Shown here piece by piece: positions 8,653-17,724 of a stretch of DNA of 64,000 nt. The position numbers and the translations under genes are program-made. The stretch lies in NCBI GenBank assembly GCA_964637115.1, contig CAZWVL010000001.1, positions 96,001 through 160,000 on the forward strand, in the 5' to 3' direction. A model generated the notes under the pieces. The model was not told the DNA's origin, did not search any database, and saw only the letters and a program-made list of their open reading frames with translations. Every line of letters starts with the position of its first letter. Position 1 is the first letter of the stretch. The DNA is from an uncultured Methanosarcinales archaeon. Its GTDB lineage: Archaea > Nanobdellota > Nanobdellia > Woesearchaeales > ARS49.

Positions 8653-9771
8653 TCAGTCCTTAAAATACAGAGTTAGATTTGCTTCCATATTGTATAATTT
8701 GTGCCTTGCGGCTGAAAAACAGACCTCTTTCTTTTCTTCTTCAAGCTGATCGCACACTGCTGCTGTTTTGTCTGAGGCGTATTTTCCCATGTACTGCATG
8801 GCTCCCTCGATGCACATGATTTGTTCTTCTTCAGAACCGTGCGAGCAAACTTTCTGAATGCTTATGGTATTTGAAGAAATAAAGCCAGAGTAAGCATTTC
8901 CAATCCCATGAAAACAGCCATGCCTGAATTTCCCATTCAGCTGTTCGCATTCCTGGGCCAGAGCTTGGAGTACACCTTCCAAATCTTTACCTTGGAGATA
9001 GTACCGTGTAGCCACAAGACCTACTTTGCCACGGGCGCATGCGGCAGGATGGTCAAAGGTATCGCACGGATAGAAAAGACTCTTTGTTTTCGCATCCTCT
9101 TTGTCATGCTCTACAGTATACTCCATATAGCCTCCACTTGCACAATAGTATTCCATTTTTTTGTCATCAAACTCAGCACATCCTTTAAGCGCTTCTGCAA
9201 TGTCATAACCCGATAAAAACATAATCGCATGACCAACTCCATGGGCGCATTCTCCAGGGCCATATGAAGTCGTCATTTCTGAATTATTAAAGCAGATTTC
9301 TTTCATCAGCGGTTTTAGCTTATCTAAATCAATGTGGCCTTCTTCATCGGACTGTGCGCCTGTAAATGCTTCCATGAGAACGCCGTGCATGCATCCTGTA
9401 AGACATTTGTTGCTGCAAATACGCAGGCTTTGTTCGATGTTCTGTTTTTTTGCAAAAATTATCTTGCCAAGATCATGCGCTTCTATGTGGCATTTTGGCC
9501 AAAGCGTTTCGATTCCTGACAAAATACCATTCGCACCAATAACGTCGATGTATTCTTCGTACAATGAGCGCTGGTTTTTAGTCATATTTTTCAGCTTTTC
9601 CACAAACTCTGCCTGTTGCTTTTGCATCGTGCTTGGCTCAACGAAAAACGGCAGTTTATCGGTTTGCTCCAATAGCTGTGTGCTCTGATTTTCCAAAGCA
9701 ATACTGCCGGTTGGACTACGACAGGCGATAAGAAACAGAATAACAACCCACCCTTTGCACATGAAGCCCAT
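8653..9771 (-). CDS. Secreted/lipoprotein with repeated Cys-His-Gly motifs, function unknown
   Basis: Lipobox-like LFLIAC; CHIEAHDLG, GCMHG, ECAHGVGH and CFHGIGN repeats. Confidence 0.8.
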   Translation of the reverse strand: MGFMCKGWVVILFLIACRSPTGSIALENQSTQLLEQTDKLPFFVEPSTMQKQQAEFVEKLKNMTKNQRSLYEEYIDVIGANGILSGIETLWPKCHIEAHDLGKIIFAKKQNIEQSLRICSNKCLTGCMHGVLMEAFTGAQSDEEGHIDLDKLKPLMKEICFNNSEMTTSYGPGECAHGVGHAIMFLSGYDIAEALKGCAEFDDKKMEYYCASGGYMEYTVEHDKEDAKTKSLFYPCDTFDHPAACARGKVGLVATRYYLQGKDLEGVLQALAQECEQLNGKFRHGCFHGIGNAYSGFISSNTISIQKVCSHGSEEEQIMCIEGAMQYMGKYASDKTAAVCDQLEEEKKEVCFSAARHKLYNMEANLTLYFKD

Positions 9772-9850
9772 TTGGATAGCTTTTGCTTGTTACCTTAAAA
9801 AATTTGCTTTAGGAGTAAGCTTTTTAAGCACGCGATACAGAACAGACGCT

Positions 9851-10423
9851 ATGGCATTCAAAATGAAAGCATGGATGTGGATTTTATTAATAATCATTAT
9901 TCTCGGCATCTGGTTCTTTTCAAGCTACAACGGACTAGTAAAAAGAGAAATAGCAGTTGACAAAGCGTGGTCAGACATTGAAGTCCAGTATCAAAGAAGA
10001 TTTGACTTGATTCCTAATTTGGTTAATACAGTGAAAGGCTACGCAGGATTTGAAGAACGCGTTATTACTGCAGTTACTGAAGCACGAAGTAGATGGCAAG
10101 GAGCGGTATCTGCAGGCAATACCAATGAGGCAGTTGCAGCAGCAGGACAATTTGAAGGCGCATTATCAAGATTAATTGCAGTTGCAGAGAACTATCCAGA
10201 CTTGAAAGCTTCACAAACATACCTTTCCTTAATGGATGAATTAGCCGGCACTGAAAATAGGGTGGCTGTAGCAAGAACAAGATACAATGAAGCATCAGCA
10301 GACTACAACTATGCAATTAGAAGAATTCCAACAAGCATCGTTGCAGGTATGTTCGGCTTTGAAAAGAAAACACTATTTGAAGCAAAACAAGGCGCAGAAG
10401 AAGTGCCAGTAGTAAAAGTATAA
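9851..10423 (+). CDS. lemA: LemA family protein
   Basis: N-terminal TM, SYNGLV, AWSDIEVQYQRRFDLIPNLV, AVAENYPDLKAS, ELAGTENRVAVAR. Confidence 0.95.
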   Translation: MAFKMKAWMWILLIIIILGIWFFSSYNGLVKREIAVDKAWSDIEVQYQRRFDLIPNLVNTVKGYAGFEERVITAVTEARSRWQGAVSAGNTNEAVAAAGQFEGALSRLIAVAENYPDLKASQTYLSLMDELAGTENRVAVARTRYNEASADYNYAIRRIPTSIVAGMFGFEKKTLFEAKQGAEEVPVVKV

Positions 10424-10448
10424 ATACGAGTTCTTTTTTGCTTCCAAT

Positions 10449-10970
10449 ATGAGTGAAAGACAAGGATTACTTCCGTGGCCAAGCGATGGCATTTGTGATA
10501 AAGTTTCTGCTGCAATGCCACATTCTGAGTACATCCGTGAACAGTTTATTTTCATGGCACAACACAATCGTGTCGTTGCAAGCGAATTGGAACTAACATC
10601 CCGCTTTTTCGAAGAATTCGGAGACTATTGTGGCGAGATGCACTTGTTTGCAGGCCTGCAAACGCACCTTATGCTATACCTTGCATCACAAGAAAACAAG
10701 CAAAAGCTTCCATTCGCAAACCGATCAATCGTTGAAGTTATTGAACACAGCCTTGAAGAAGCTGACGATTATGTCAAGGAAACGTTCGAACGCCTCAAAG
10801 AAGACAACCCTCCTGTTCACGGCTATCTTCACGAGTTATGCAAGTCAAGAGATGCGATAAAAAACGGGCCGGCTGCCATGAAAGCAATCAAAAGCGGAGG
10901 AATATTCGTTTATTCAATGCTTGAATTGCAGGCAGAAGCAGACAAGCTAGGAAAACAGTTAAAGCAGTAA
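10449..10970 (+). CDS. Hypothetical protein (start uncertain; ATG 10554 possible)
   Basis: 173-aa ORF, helical, no recognised motif. Confidence 0.6.
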   Translation: MSERQGLLPWPSDGICDKVSAAMPHSEYIREQFIFMAQHNRVVASELELTSRFFEEFGDYCGEMHLFAGLQTHLMLYLASQENKQKLPFANRSIVEVIEHSLEEADDYVKETFERLKEDNPPVHGYLHELCKSRDAIKNGPAAMKAIKSGGIFVYSMLELQAEADKLGKQLKQ

Positions 10971-11002
10971 ATTTTATATCTTGCACACGCTTTCTAGCCT
11001 TC

Positions 11003-11335
11003 ATGAACGTCAGAGTATTAACCTGGAACAAACCGCGCGTGCCGACAGAAGAAGAACTGCGCGTGCAAATGGTAAAAGAAGGCATGAATCCGGTTGTTGA
11101 AGTCATGGACAAAAATGAGTTTACGGAAGTCCACTCGCACAAAACAGACGAAACACGCATATTAGTCAAAGGAAGCGTAGAATTCTGCGCAGAAGGAAGA
11201 AGCTATGTTTTGAAACCAGGAGACAGGATAGACTTGGAAGCAAATACGGCACATACAGCAAAGAATCTGGAAAGAGGGCAGTCAGTGATGCTTTGTTCTA
11301 CCAAAGGAAAGACGGTTGCGATAGAAATTTACTGA
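11003..11335 (+). CDS. Cupin-domain protein
   Basis: HSHKTDETRILVKG and LKPGDRIDLEANTAH cupin motifs. Confidence 0.85.
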   Translation: MNVRVLTWNKPRVPTEEELRVQMVKEGMNPVVEVMDKNEFTEVHSHKTDETRILVKGSVEFCAEGRSYVLKPGDRIDLEANTAHTAKNLERGQSVMLCSTKGKTVAIEIY

Positions 11336-12441
11336 TACGTTTCTCTGAGCGCCTTTAAAACAAACTCATCGGGAACTTCGGTTGCATACCCTCCTTTAAA
11401 ATCACACATTTCCCCAATATGTTTTGCCAGCGCGTATCGAGCTTTTCCCTGACGCGCCTTTTTGTCAAGTATTGTTGCCTTTTTAAGTTCGTCAATAGAA
11501 ATTTCTGAATGAATTGTTGTCGGCTGACCAAAACGCTTCAACAACACTTCCTCGCGTGCCAATTCTTCCAGCGAGAAAAAGCCCATTTCAATAGCCATCC
11601 TGCCCTCGGCCTGCAGTCCAATGGAAACCGCTTCACCGTGCATCAGATTTCCATATTTCCTTTGTTCCAGCACGTGCCCCACAGTGTGCCCATGATTCAG
11701 TATTTGTCGCAACGCCGTTTCTTCTGGATCAAGCTCGACAACTGTTCCCTTAATGATCGCATTCTCCTTTGCACAATAGATTAAAGTTTCACGATCTTTT
11801 GCAAGAATCTTGTCAACATTCTGTTCCAAAAAGCCAAAAAAGTCAGCACTCCTGATAACTCCGTGCTTAACCCATTCCGCAATACCTTCACGATAGGAGC
11901 GCTCAGGCAGTGTTTCAAGCGTTGCAACATCAACGTAAATTCTTTTCGGCTGCTGAATCTGGCCATACCTGTTTTTTGCCTTTTTCGAATTGACTCCGGT
12001 CTTGCCCCCAATGGCTGCATCAGCCTGCGCAGCAGTTGATGTTGGGAACAATACGCAAGGCACTCCACGCGCATATGTAGCTGCCAGAAAACCGCCTAGG
12101 TCAGTAACCACACCTCCACCAACGCAGCAAACAACAGAATCTCTTCCAAAGCCCTCAGCGTCCATCTGATCGCCGATAGTCTCGTATGTCGCCAGCTGCT
12201 TATTTTCTTCTCCTGCAGGAAAATCAAAAATGTGCGCTTTAATACCCTCATTTCTCAAAGCAGAAGCCAACTTCTCGGCATACGGCTTTACATTTGAATC
12301 GGTTATGATAGCGTGCTTAAACCCATATTTCAGTTCTGCCAGCTCACGCGCGGCCCGCTCGAAAAGATTAACTCCAACAACAATGTCATAAGAATCCTTG
12401 CCCAGCTCCAGTCGCATGACGTCATCTTTGATTGTGACCAT
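11329..12441 (-). CDS. aroB: 3-dehydroquinate synthase (bacterial AroB type, sugar-phosphate cyclase family)
   Basis: GGGVVTDLGGFLAATYARG, DAAIGGKTGVN, LNHGHTVGHVLE, HGEAVSIG, DKK; start set at ATG 12441. Confidence 0.9.
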   Translation of the reverse strand: MVTIKDDVMRLELGKDSYDIVVGVNLFERAARELAELKYGFKHAIITDSNVKPYAEKLASALRNEGIKAHIFDFPAGEENKQLATYETIGDQMDAEGFGRDSVVCCVGGGVVTDLGGFLAATYARGVPCVLFPTSTAAQADAAIGGKTGVNSKKAKNRYGQIQQPKRIYVDVATLETLPERSYREGIAEWVKHGVIRSADFFGFLEQNVDKILAKDRETLIYCAKENAIIKGTVVELDPEETALRQILNHGHTVGHVLEQRKYGNLMHGEAVSIGLQAEGRMAIEMGFFSLEELAREEVLLKRFGQPTTIHSEISIDELKKATILDKKARQGKARYALAKHIGEMCDFKGGYATEVPDEFVLKALRETYQ

Positions 12442-12463
12442 TCTGCTGACGATTTGAGCAACA

Positions 12464-12471
12464 TTTATAAA
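12464..12471. promoter_or_regulatory. Palindromic TATA box between divergent aroB and sod
   Basis: TTTATAAA 23 nt from the aroB ATG and 40 nt from the sod ATG. Confidence 0.55.
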
Positions 12472-12511
12472 CATTTATCGACTTCAACGTAATGATTAAT
12501 GGGGTGAAAAT

Positions 12512-13105
12512 ATGATATACGAAGCAAAAAATTTTGACCATCTAATTGGAATTAAAGGTCTTTCTGACCAATTGATGAAAAACCATTTTACTTTGTATCA
12601 AGGGTACGTTACCAACACAAATAAGCTTGCAGATGCACTTTCTGCAATGGTTAAAGCAGGAAACGTTGCAACACCGGAATTTGCGGAATTAAAAAGAAGA
12701 TTTGGATGGGAGTTTAATGGAATGCGGTTGCACGAATTGTTCTTCAGATGCCTTTCAAAAGAACCCAAAGCAATTTCAGAAGGCAACCTCAAGAAAGCGC
12801 TTGTGCGTGAATTCGGTTCAGCAGAAAACTGGGAAAAAGAAATGAAAGCGATTTGCACAATGCGCGGTATAGGTTGGGGCGTATTGTATTATGATATTTC
12901 AACAGGAAGATTGTTTAATTGCTGGATAAACGAACACGATGTCGGGCATTTGGCAAGCTGTGCGCCGATACTTGTTATCGATGTGTTTGAACACGCATTC
13001 ATGATAGACTACGGCCTAAAGCGAGCAGATTACGTGGAGGCAGTATTCAAGGATGTCAACTGGGCAGAAGTGGAAAAACTCTTTGCGTTAGTCGGCGGCA
13101 AATGA
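12512..13105 (+). CDS. sod: Fe/Mn superoxide dismutase
   Basis: Metal ligands in KNHFTLY, RLHELFF and IDVFEHAF; GIGWGVL. Confidence 0.92.
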   Translation: MIYEAKNFDHLIGIKGLSDQLMKNHFTLYQGYVTNTNKLADALSAMVKAGNVATPEFAELKRRFGWEFNGMRLHELFFRCLSKEPKAISEGNLKKALVREFGSAENWEKEMKAICTMRGIGWGVLYYDISTGRLFNCWINEHDVGHLASCAPILVIDVFEHAFMIDYGLKRADYVEAVFKDVNWAEVEKLFALVGGK

Positions 13106-13623
13106 GAATAGCTGTTGGCAGCAAGAATCCCGTAAAAATAGCGGCAGTAGCGAATGTTGTTAAGAAAATATGGCCGGATGCGGAAGTAATTGGAATTGAG
13201 GTTGACCACGGCATGGGCATACAACCAAACTCAACAGAAGAAGGCATTTCCGGTGCTACAAAAAGAGCTGAACTGGCATTAAAAGAAGGAAATGCCGATA
13301 TCGGATTTGGGCTTGAAGGAAACACGCGTAATATTGAGTACGGCACGCTACTCGACGGCTGGGTGGTTGCAATCGGCAAACAAGGCAACAGGGGCATTGC
13401 CAACTCGGGAAGTATTTTACTGCCGGAAAAAGTAGCGGCAGAAGTCAGAAAGGGAAAAGAACTCGGTCCGGTCATGGACGAACTTATTGGCGAACATAAC
13501 ACAAAACAAAAAGAGGGAACAGTGGGAATATTGACAAAAGGAATGTTAACACGCACACAAGCGTTTGAGAACGGAGTAACGTGCGCATTAGCGCCATTCC
13601 TTAGCCCACAATATTATCAATGA
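13102..13623 (+). CDS. yjjX: Inosine/xanthosine triphosphatase (YjjX/DUF84)
   Basis: VGSKNPVKIAAV, QP...E...GA..RA, GLEG, GTVGILTKGMLTRTQAF. Confidence 0.9.
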   Translation: MRIAVGSKNPVKIAAVANVVKKIWPDAEVIGIEVDHGMGIQPNSTEEGISGATKRAELALKEGNADIGFGLEGNTRNIEYGTLLDGWVVAIGKQGNRGIANSGSILLPEKVAAEVRKGKELGPVMDELIGEHNTKQKEGTVGILTKGMLTRTQAFENGVTCALAPFLSPQYYQ

Positions 13624-14114
13624 AACATAATCAAAAGCGAAATATTCTTTTTATTATGATGATATTGTGCGCGCTACTTGTAGCAGTTGCACTTTATACT
13701 TATTTTGCTTACGAAAAAGTAACGGCTTTGAAAAATCTGGACGTAAAGCTTGTCAGCATCCGCGCAGAAGAATTCAAGATAAATAGGTTCACTCTTGTAA
13801 TTGACTTGGATATTTACAATCCAAACGAAAAAGAAGTTTCTGTAGGAGATTTCACGGCACAGGCATATTCCAATGACGTTCTGCTGGCAACAGTTGACTT
13901 GCCGGCATTCAAAATTCCTTCACAACGCTCACACCCAACAGAATACCATCTTGGCATAAATTATATCGATGTAGGCTTTGCTTTACTGCAGGCACTCAAA
14001 GAAAAAAAGGTAACATGGCAAGTCAATGGAACATATTTTATACAACTGCCGCTTGGCGTAGCGTATCCATACACTTTTGACATAAAACGAGAATGGAACC
14101 CAAGCTCTTCATAG
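13620..14114 (+). CDS. LEA type-2 (WHy) domain membrane-anchored protein
   Basis: Single N-terminal TM followed by IYNPN...VGDF and a beta-rich body. Confidence 0.7.
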   Translation: MKHNQKRNILFIMMILCALLVAVALYTYFAYEKVTALKNLDVKLVSIRAEEFKINRFTLVIDLDIYNPNEKEVSVGDFTAQAYSNDVLLATVDLPAFKIPSQRSHPTEYHLGINYIDVGFALLQALKEKKVTWQVNGTYFIQLPLGVAYPYTFDIKREWNPSSS

Positions 14115-14509
14115 CACCAAAAGCATTCATCGTGCACAACGGAAAAGTGCTCATTCTTCGCGAATCTCCAAAATATGGCGCTGGGACGAATATCGGCAGG
14201 TATGATGTTGTTGGCGGCAGACTCAACCCTGGAGAAAAATGGGATGAAGGATTGTTGAGAGAAATCAAGGAAGAAACGGGATTATCTGTAAAGGTTGGAA
14301 AACCATTTGCGGTAGGCGAATGGCGGCCTGTGGTTAAGGGTGAGCAGTGGCATATTGTTGGCGTGTTCTTTGAATGCCATACAGAATCGCCAAATGTAAT
14401 TATGGACACGGAACACGATGAGCACCAGTGGATAAACCCAAAAGAATATCGGAAATACAACTTAATACCAAACTTGCACCCCATATTTGAGACTTTCTTA
14501 CACAAATAG
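14093..14509 (+). CDS. NUDIX hydrolase
   Basis: Nudix box GGRLNPGEKWDEGLLREIKEETG. Confidence 0.93.
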   Translation: MEPKLFIAPKAFIVHNGKVLILRESPKYGAGTNIGRYDVVGGRLNPGEKWDEGLLREIKEETGLSVKVGKPFAVGEWRPVVKGEQWHIVGVFFECHTESPNVIMDTEHDEHQWINPKEYRKYNLIPNLHPIFETFLHK

Positions 14510-14595
14510 CATCTTATTCTTCACTACTCTACAATACATATTTGTCACAAAGTTTAAAAGATGAACTCATAAAGTGATATAGAAATCGTGGTGGG

Positions 14596-15306
14596 ATGAT
14601 GCGGGAAACTAATGATTCGTTATCTGGATTGATAAACGATTTATTAGGTATAGAATTAAACATTACAGGAGCTAAACTGGCAGCAAGAGCTTCAACTTTG
14701 AAACGCAGAGTTCTAGACGACCAAGATGTTTTTGGTCCTTTCTTAAAAAAAGCAGGAACCGGAAGAGCCACAAGATATGAAATTGTTGATGTTCCCAATT
14801 TCAAAGAAAAACTGAAGAAAGTTCTGGAGGAAGAGAATGAAGATCCTGAGGCAGGAAAATACTCTTTCAGAGAGCTCGTAGGAGAGGCTGTAGTTCAAGT
14901 GGCTGGAGAACTCACAAAACCAGAACTTAACAGTTTGATAACAATGTACATGTCAATGTACAAAACAGACTCACAAGTTGCGGAATGTATGACAAAAGGC
15001 CGAGTAGATTTCAGATATACAGTTCATCATCCTAAACAACTCAAAGAAAGATTAGTGGAGCTCATAAACCAGCACAGACATGGAGATATACACCCACAGT
15101 TGGAAAAAACAAAAGCAGAAGTATACACGATTAATGAGATAAGAAAAACAGCGGGATTAACCTTTGAACGAATGGCCGCATACATGGCAGAACCAAAATA
15201 TGCAAAACTGCTAGGCGATGTTTCTAAAAACAAAGCAGGAGAAATAGGCTATCCCAAGAGAAATGCGGATGACTTCATAAAGGCGGTGCAAAGAAATGAC
15301 GCATAA
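14596..15306 (+). CDS. Putative DNA-binding protein with about three tandem MerR/Xis-like winged-HTH modules
   Basis: Modules ending RATRYEIVDVPNFKEKL, RVDFRYTVHHPKQLKERL and EIGYPKRNADDFIKAV; stop overlaps the sigma-like ATG by 11 nt. Confidence 0.6.
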   Translation: MMRETNDSLSGLINDLLGIELNITGAKLAARASTLKRRVLDDQDVFGPFLKKAGTGRATRYEIVDVPNFKEKLKKVLEEENEDPEAGKYSFRELVGEAVVQVAGELTKPELNSLITMYMSMYKTDSQVAECMTKGRVDFRYTVHHPKQLKERLVELINQHRHGDIHPQLEKTKAEVYTINEIRKTAGLTFERMAAYMAEPKYAKLLGDVSKNKAGEIGYPKRNADDFIKAVQRNDA

Positions 15307-17629
15307 AGGAGAGGAAGTGGGCCTTTCAGCATACAGAAAAGACTACGTCCACCCGATGGAAGCGCCAGAAGTCTTCAGAAGCGTAAGAGCGCTGGACATT
15401 TATGAGGGATTCTCAAGGCATCCAAACCTGCGCAAGACAATCCGCGTTGAAGGAGTAATCCGCGAGGATATGGTGCAAGTGGATGATATAGGATTATTTC
15501 AAAGAGTAAGTTTTGACAAGCTTGCACAAGCATTTGGGCTGAAGGATTTACATTGCCTTCGGCAATTTTTCTTTGAAACCTGGGGAGAAAAAGTAGGCGC
15601 GGCATCAAACGTGCTTGTGGCGGACTTCCTAGCGTACGTCACGCGCGCGCAGAGCAGGCTGTTCCGCGTGTTCCCTGAAAATAATGGACAAATCACGACA
15701 TACCCATTTATGGAAATGCACAATGTCGCACTGCCAGAATATTACAGGGAAAGAGGAAAAATTCCTGTAAGCGTGTTAAAAGACTACCTTGCGGCTGTGC
15801 TTGATGATTTGAAAGAAACAGGAGCGCTACCCAGAAAAAAACTAAGCGGAGTAGTAAACGCGCACTATCAAAACATTGCATTTGTTGAAGGACACGTACA
15901 AGCAGGAGATGAGTTCATTCCAACAAGGCAAGCATTCAGAGCGCTCAGCCCATATTTTACTGGAAAAGAAATCAAACATTACTTGGGCAATGGAAAGATA
16001 ACATCTGAAAAAAGGGGAGTGACAAAATTATTCAAAGTAGCGGATCTGCAGAGCCTAATAAAAGAACACTTAACTACGGGAGACGACATTTCACGACGTG
16101 CACTTGAAAGAGAACTTGCACGGGACGTAACTTTACCGGTATTAAAAGTAGGAATAAAAAACAGCGCGATTCACTATGCCACACTTTTGTTGCAGCCAGG
16201 ACTAAGAAATGCAGACTACGGAAAAATTCAGAGTGTTGTAGAAAAGCTGAACAAACTCGGTATCATGGTTCTAGAACCTGATGCAGAAAAGGTATTCAAA
16301 AATTTCACTTACAACTACAAATTAGACAGTCCGCCGGACGCTTCACAAAACCCGCTCCAGTATTACTTGTGGGATATAGGAAAAATAGAGATTCTTGATA
16401 AAGACTCGCAAAAAGACATTGGAAAAATAATGATACAACAGAGAGAAAAATTCACGTACAAATTACTGCGCAACCCTCACGCGGCAAGAAAAATTGCTGC
16501 AACACTTGCAGATATAATAGAAAAAGGACACGGATTGAAGTCCGCAAGCATATTCACAGGAGAAGACAGCCTGAATAAAGCACTAAAATGGCACGAAGTC
16601 GTTGAAGAACTGGAAAAACTGGAAAGCAAGGCAACAAGACTTGAAAAAGAACTTTCATCCGTACAGGAACGAGGCAAACTTGTAAAAGAGTACCGTTCGC
16701 TTCAAGACAAAATTGAGAACAGAATACGCGGATACGGCCTGCAAACAAGATGGCTGGCAAAAGTTGCAGAAAAATACATAACAGAAGAAATGCCTGTTGA
16801 AGAATTTGACAATAAAACAGAAATTCTAACCAGCCACCAATTATACAAAGATACGAGAGACTGTTTAATCAAGCAGATACTAAAACTGGTAGTGTCGTGC
16901 GCAAAACGCTATGTTTCCAAAAGCCCGTATGGAAGCTTTGCAGACAGAATGCTCAACCTAATCTCGCTCGGCAACATTGGAGCAATAAGTGCAGTTGAAA
17001 GATGGAATCCGGACTTAAGCTCAATCACCACATACGGATACTGGTGGATGAGACAGAGCATTACCAGACACATGTATGAAACAAGAGGAATGCAAGCCGG
17101 CGATTCACACGCAATGAGAGAAGCGGTACGTGTATATGCGAAAGAAAGACGGCGATTCTTCCAAACACACTTCCGAGAGCCAGGCCTGGATGAACTTTCA
17201 AAAAGACTAAACGTGTCAATAGAAAGATTAGCAGAAATAAGACTGTGGTCAAAACGCACCGTATCGCTTGACCAAGCAATAAATGATGATGAAGAATCAC
17301 GAATGGGCGACTTAATAGGCAAAAAAGACCCAGATCTTGAAAAGCCAAAGTACGACGAAGTTGCATTGCAAATGTTGATTCAAAAAATAGTTACGCCCAA
17401 GCAATGGAAAGTTCTGTACGGAAGATTCTATGAGGACAAAACGCTTGAGGAAGTCGCACAAAGAACTGATTTGAGAAAAAACAAGATCGGCGCCACCGGG
17501 CCCATGACACGAGAACGCATACGCCAAATTGAAGCAAAAGCACTTGCCAAACTCCGAGATCCTATCCATCTCAAAAAAATTGAAGGACTAACTGGGGAAG
17601 TTCCTGGCGTTGAAATCCCGCTTGATTAG
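15296..17629 (+). CDS. Group-1 sigma-70 (RpoD-like) factor with ~285-aa N-terminal extension
   Basis: r1.1-like KIQSVVEKLNKLGIMVLE; r1.2 NPLQYYLWDIGKIEIL; r2 LKLVVSCAKRY...GNIG..SAVERW...TTYGYWWMRQSITR; r3 REPGLDELSKRL...VSLDQAINDDEESRMGDLI; r4 TLEEVA...TRERIRQIEAKALAKLR. Confidence 0.9.
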   Translation: MTHKGEEVGLSAYRKDYVHPMEAPEVFRSVRALDIYEGFSRHPNLRKTIRVEGVIREDMVQVDDIGLFQRVSFDKLAQAFGLKDLHCLRQFFFETWGEKVGAASNVLVADFLAYVTRAQSRLFRVFPENNGQITTYPFMEMHNVALPEYYRERGKIPVSVLKDYLAAVLDDLKETGALPRKKLSGVVNAHYQNIAFVEGHVQAGDEFIPTRQAFRALSPYFTGKEIKHYLGNGKITSEKRGVTKLFKVADLQSLIKEHLTTGDDISRRALERELARDVTLPVLKVGIKNSAIHYATLLLQPGLRNADYGKIQSVVEKLNKLGIMVLEPDAEKVFKNFTYNYKLDSPPDASQNPLQYYLWDIGKIEILDKDSQKDIGKIMIQQREKFTYKLLRNPHAARKIAATLADIIEKGHGLKSASIFTGEDSLNKALKWHEVVEELEKLESKATRLEKELSSVQERGKLVKEYRSLQDKIENRIRGYGLQTRWLAKVAEKYITEEMPVEEFDNKTEILTSHQLYKDTRDCLIKQILKLVVSCAKRYVSKSPYGSFADRMLNLISLGNIGAISAVERWNPDLSSITTYGYWWMRQSITRHMYETRGMQAGDSHAMREAVRVYAKERRRFFQTHFREPGLDELSKRLNVSIERLAEIRLWSKRTVSLDQAINDDEESRMGDLIGKKDPDLEKPKYDEVALQMLIQKIVTPKQWKVLYGRFYEDKTLEEVAQRTDLRKNKIGATGPMTRERIRQIEAKALAKLRDPIHLKKIEGLTGEVPGVEIPLD

Positions 17630-17724
17630 TCATAACAGAAACGTATCCAAGCGGTAGTGAATTTTGAATACTGCCTTCCGAAAACTTTAAAAGCGAGAGG
17701 GCTATATACTGTTAAGGGAGAAAC

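Noticed and set aside
14510-14595. Bacterial -35/-10 promoter for sigma autoregulation
   Set aside because: No TTGACA-N17-TATAAT match found; an archaeal-type TTTAAAA box is present instead.
15278-15306. Frameshift joining the triple-HTH gene and the sigma gene
   Set aside because: The sigma frame has a stop at 15278 and its own RBS and ATG; no slippery site is evident.
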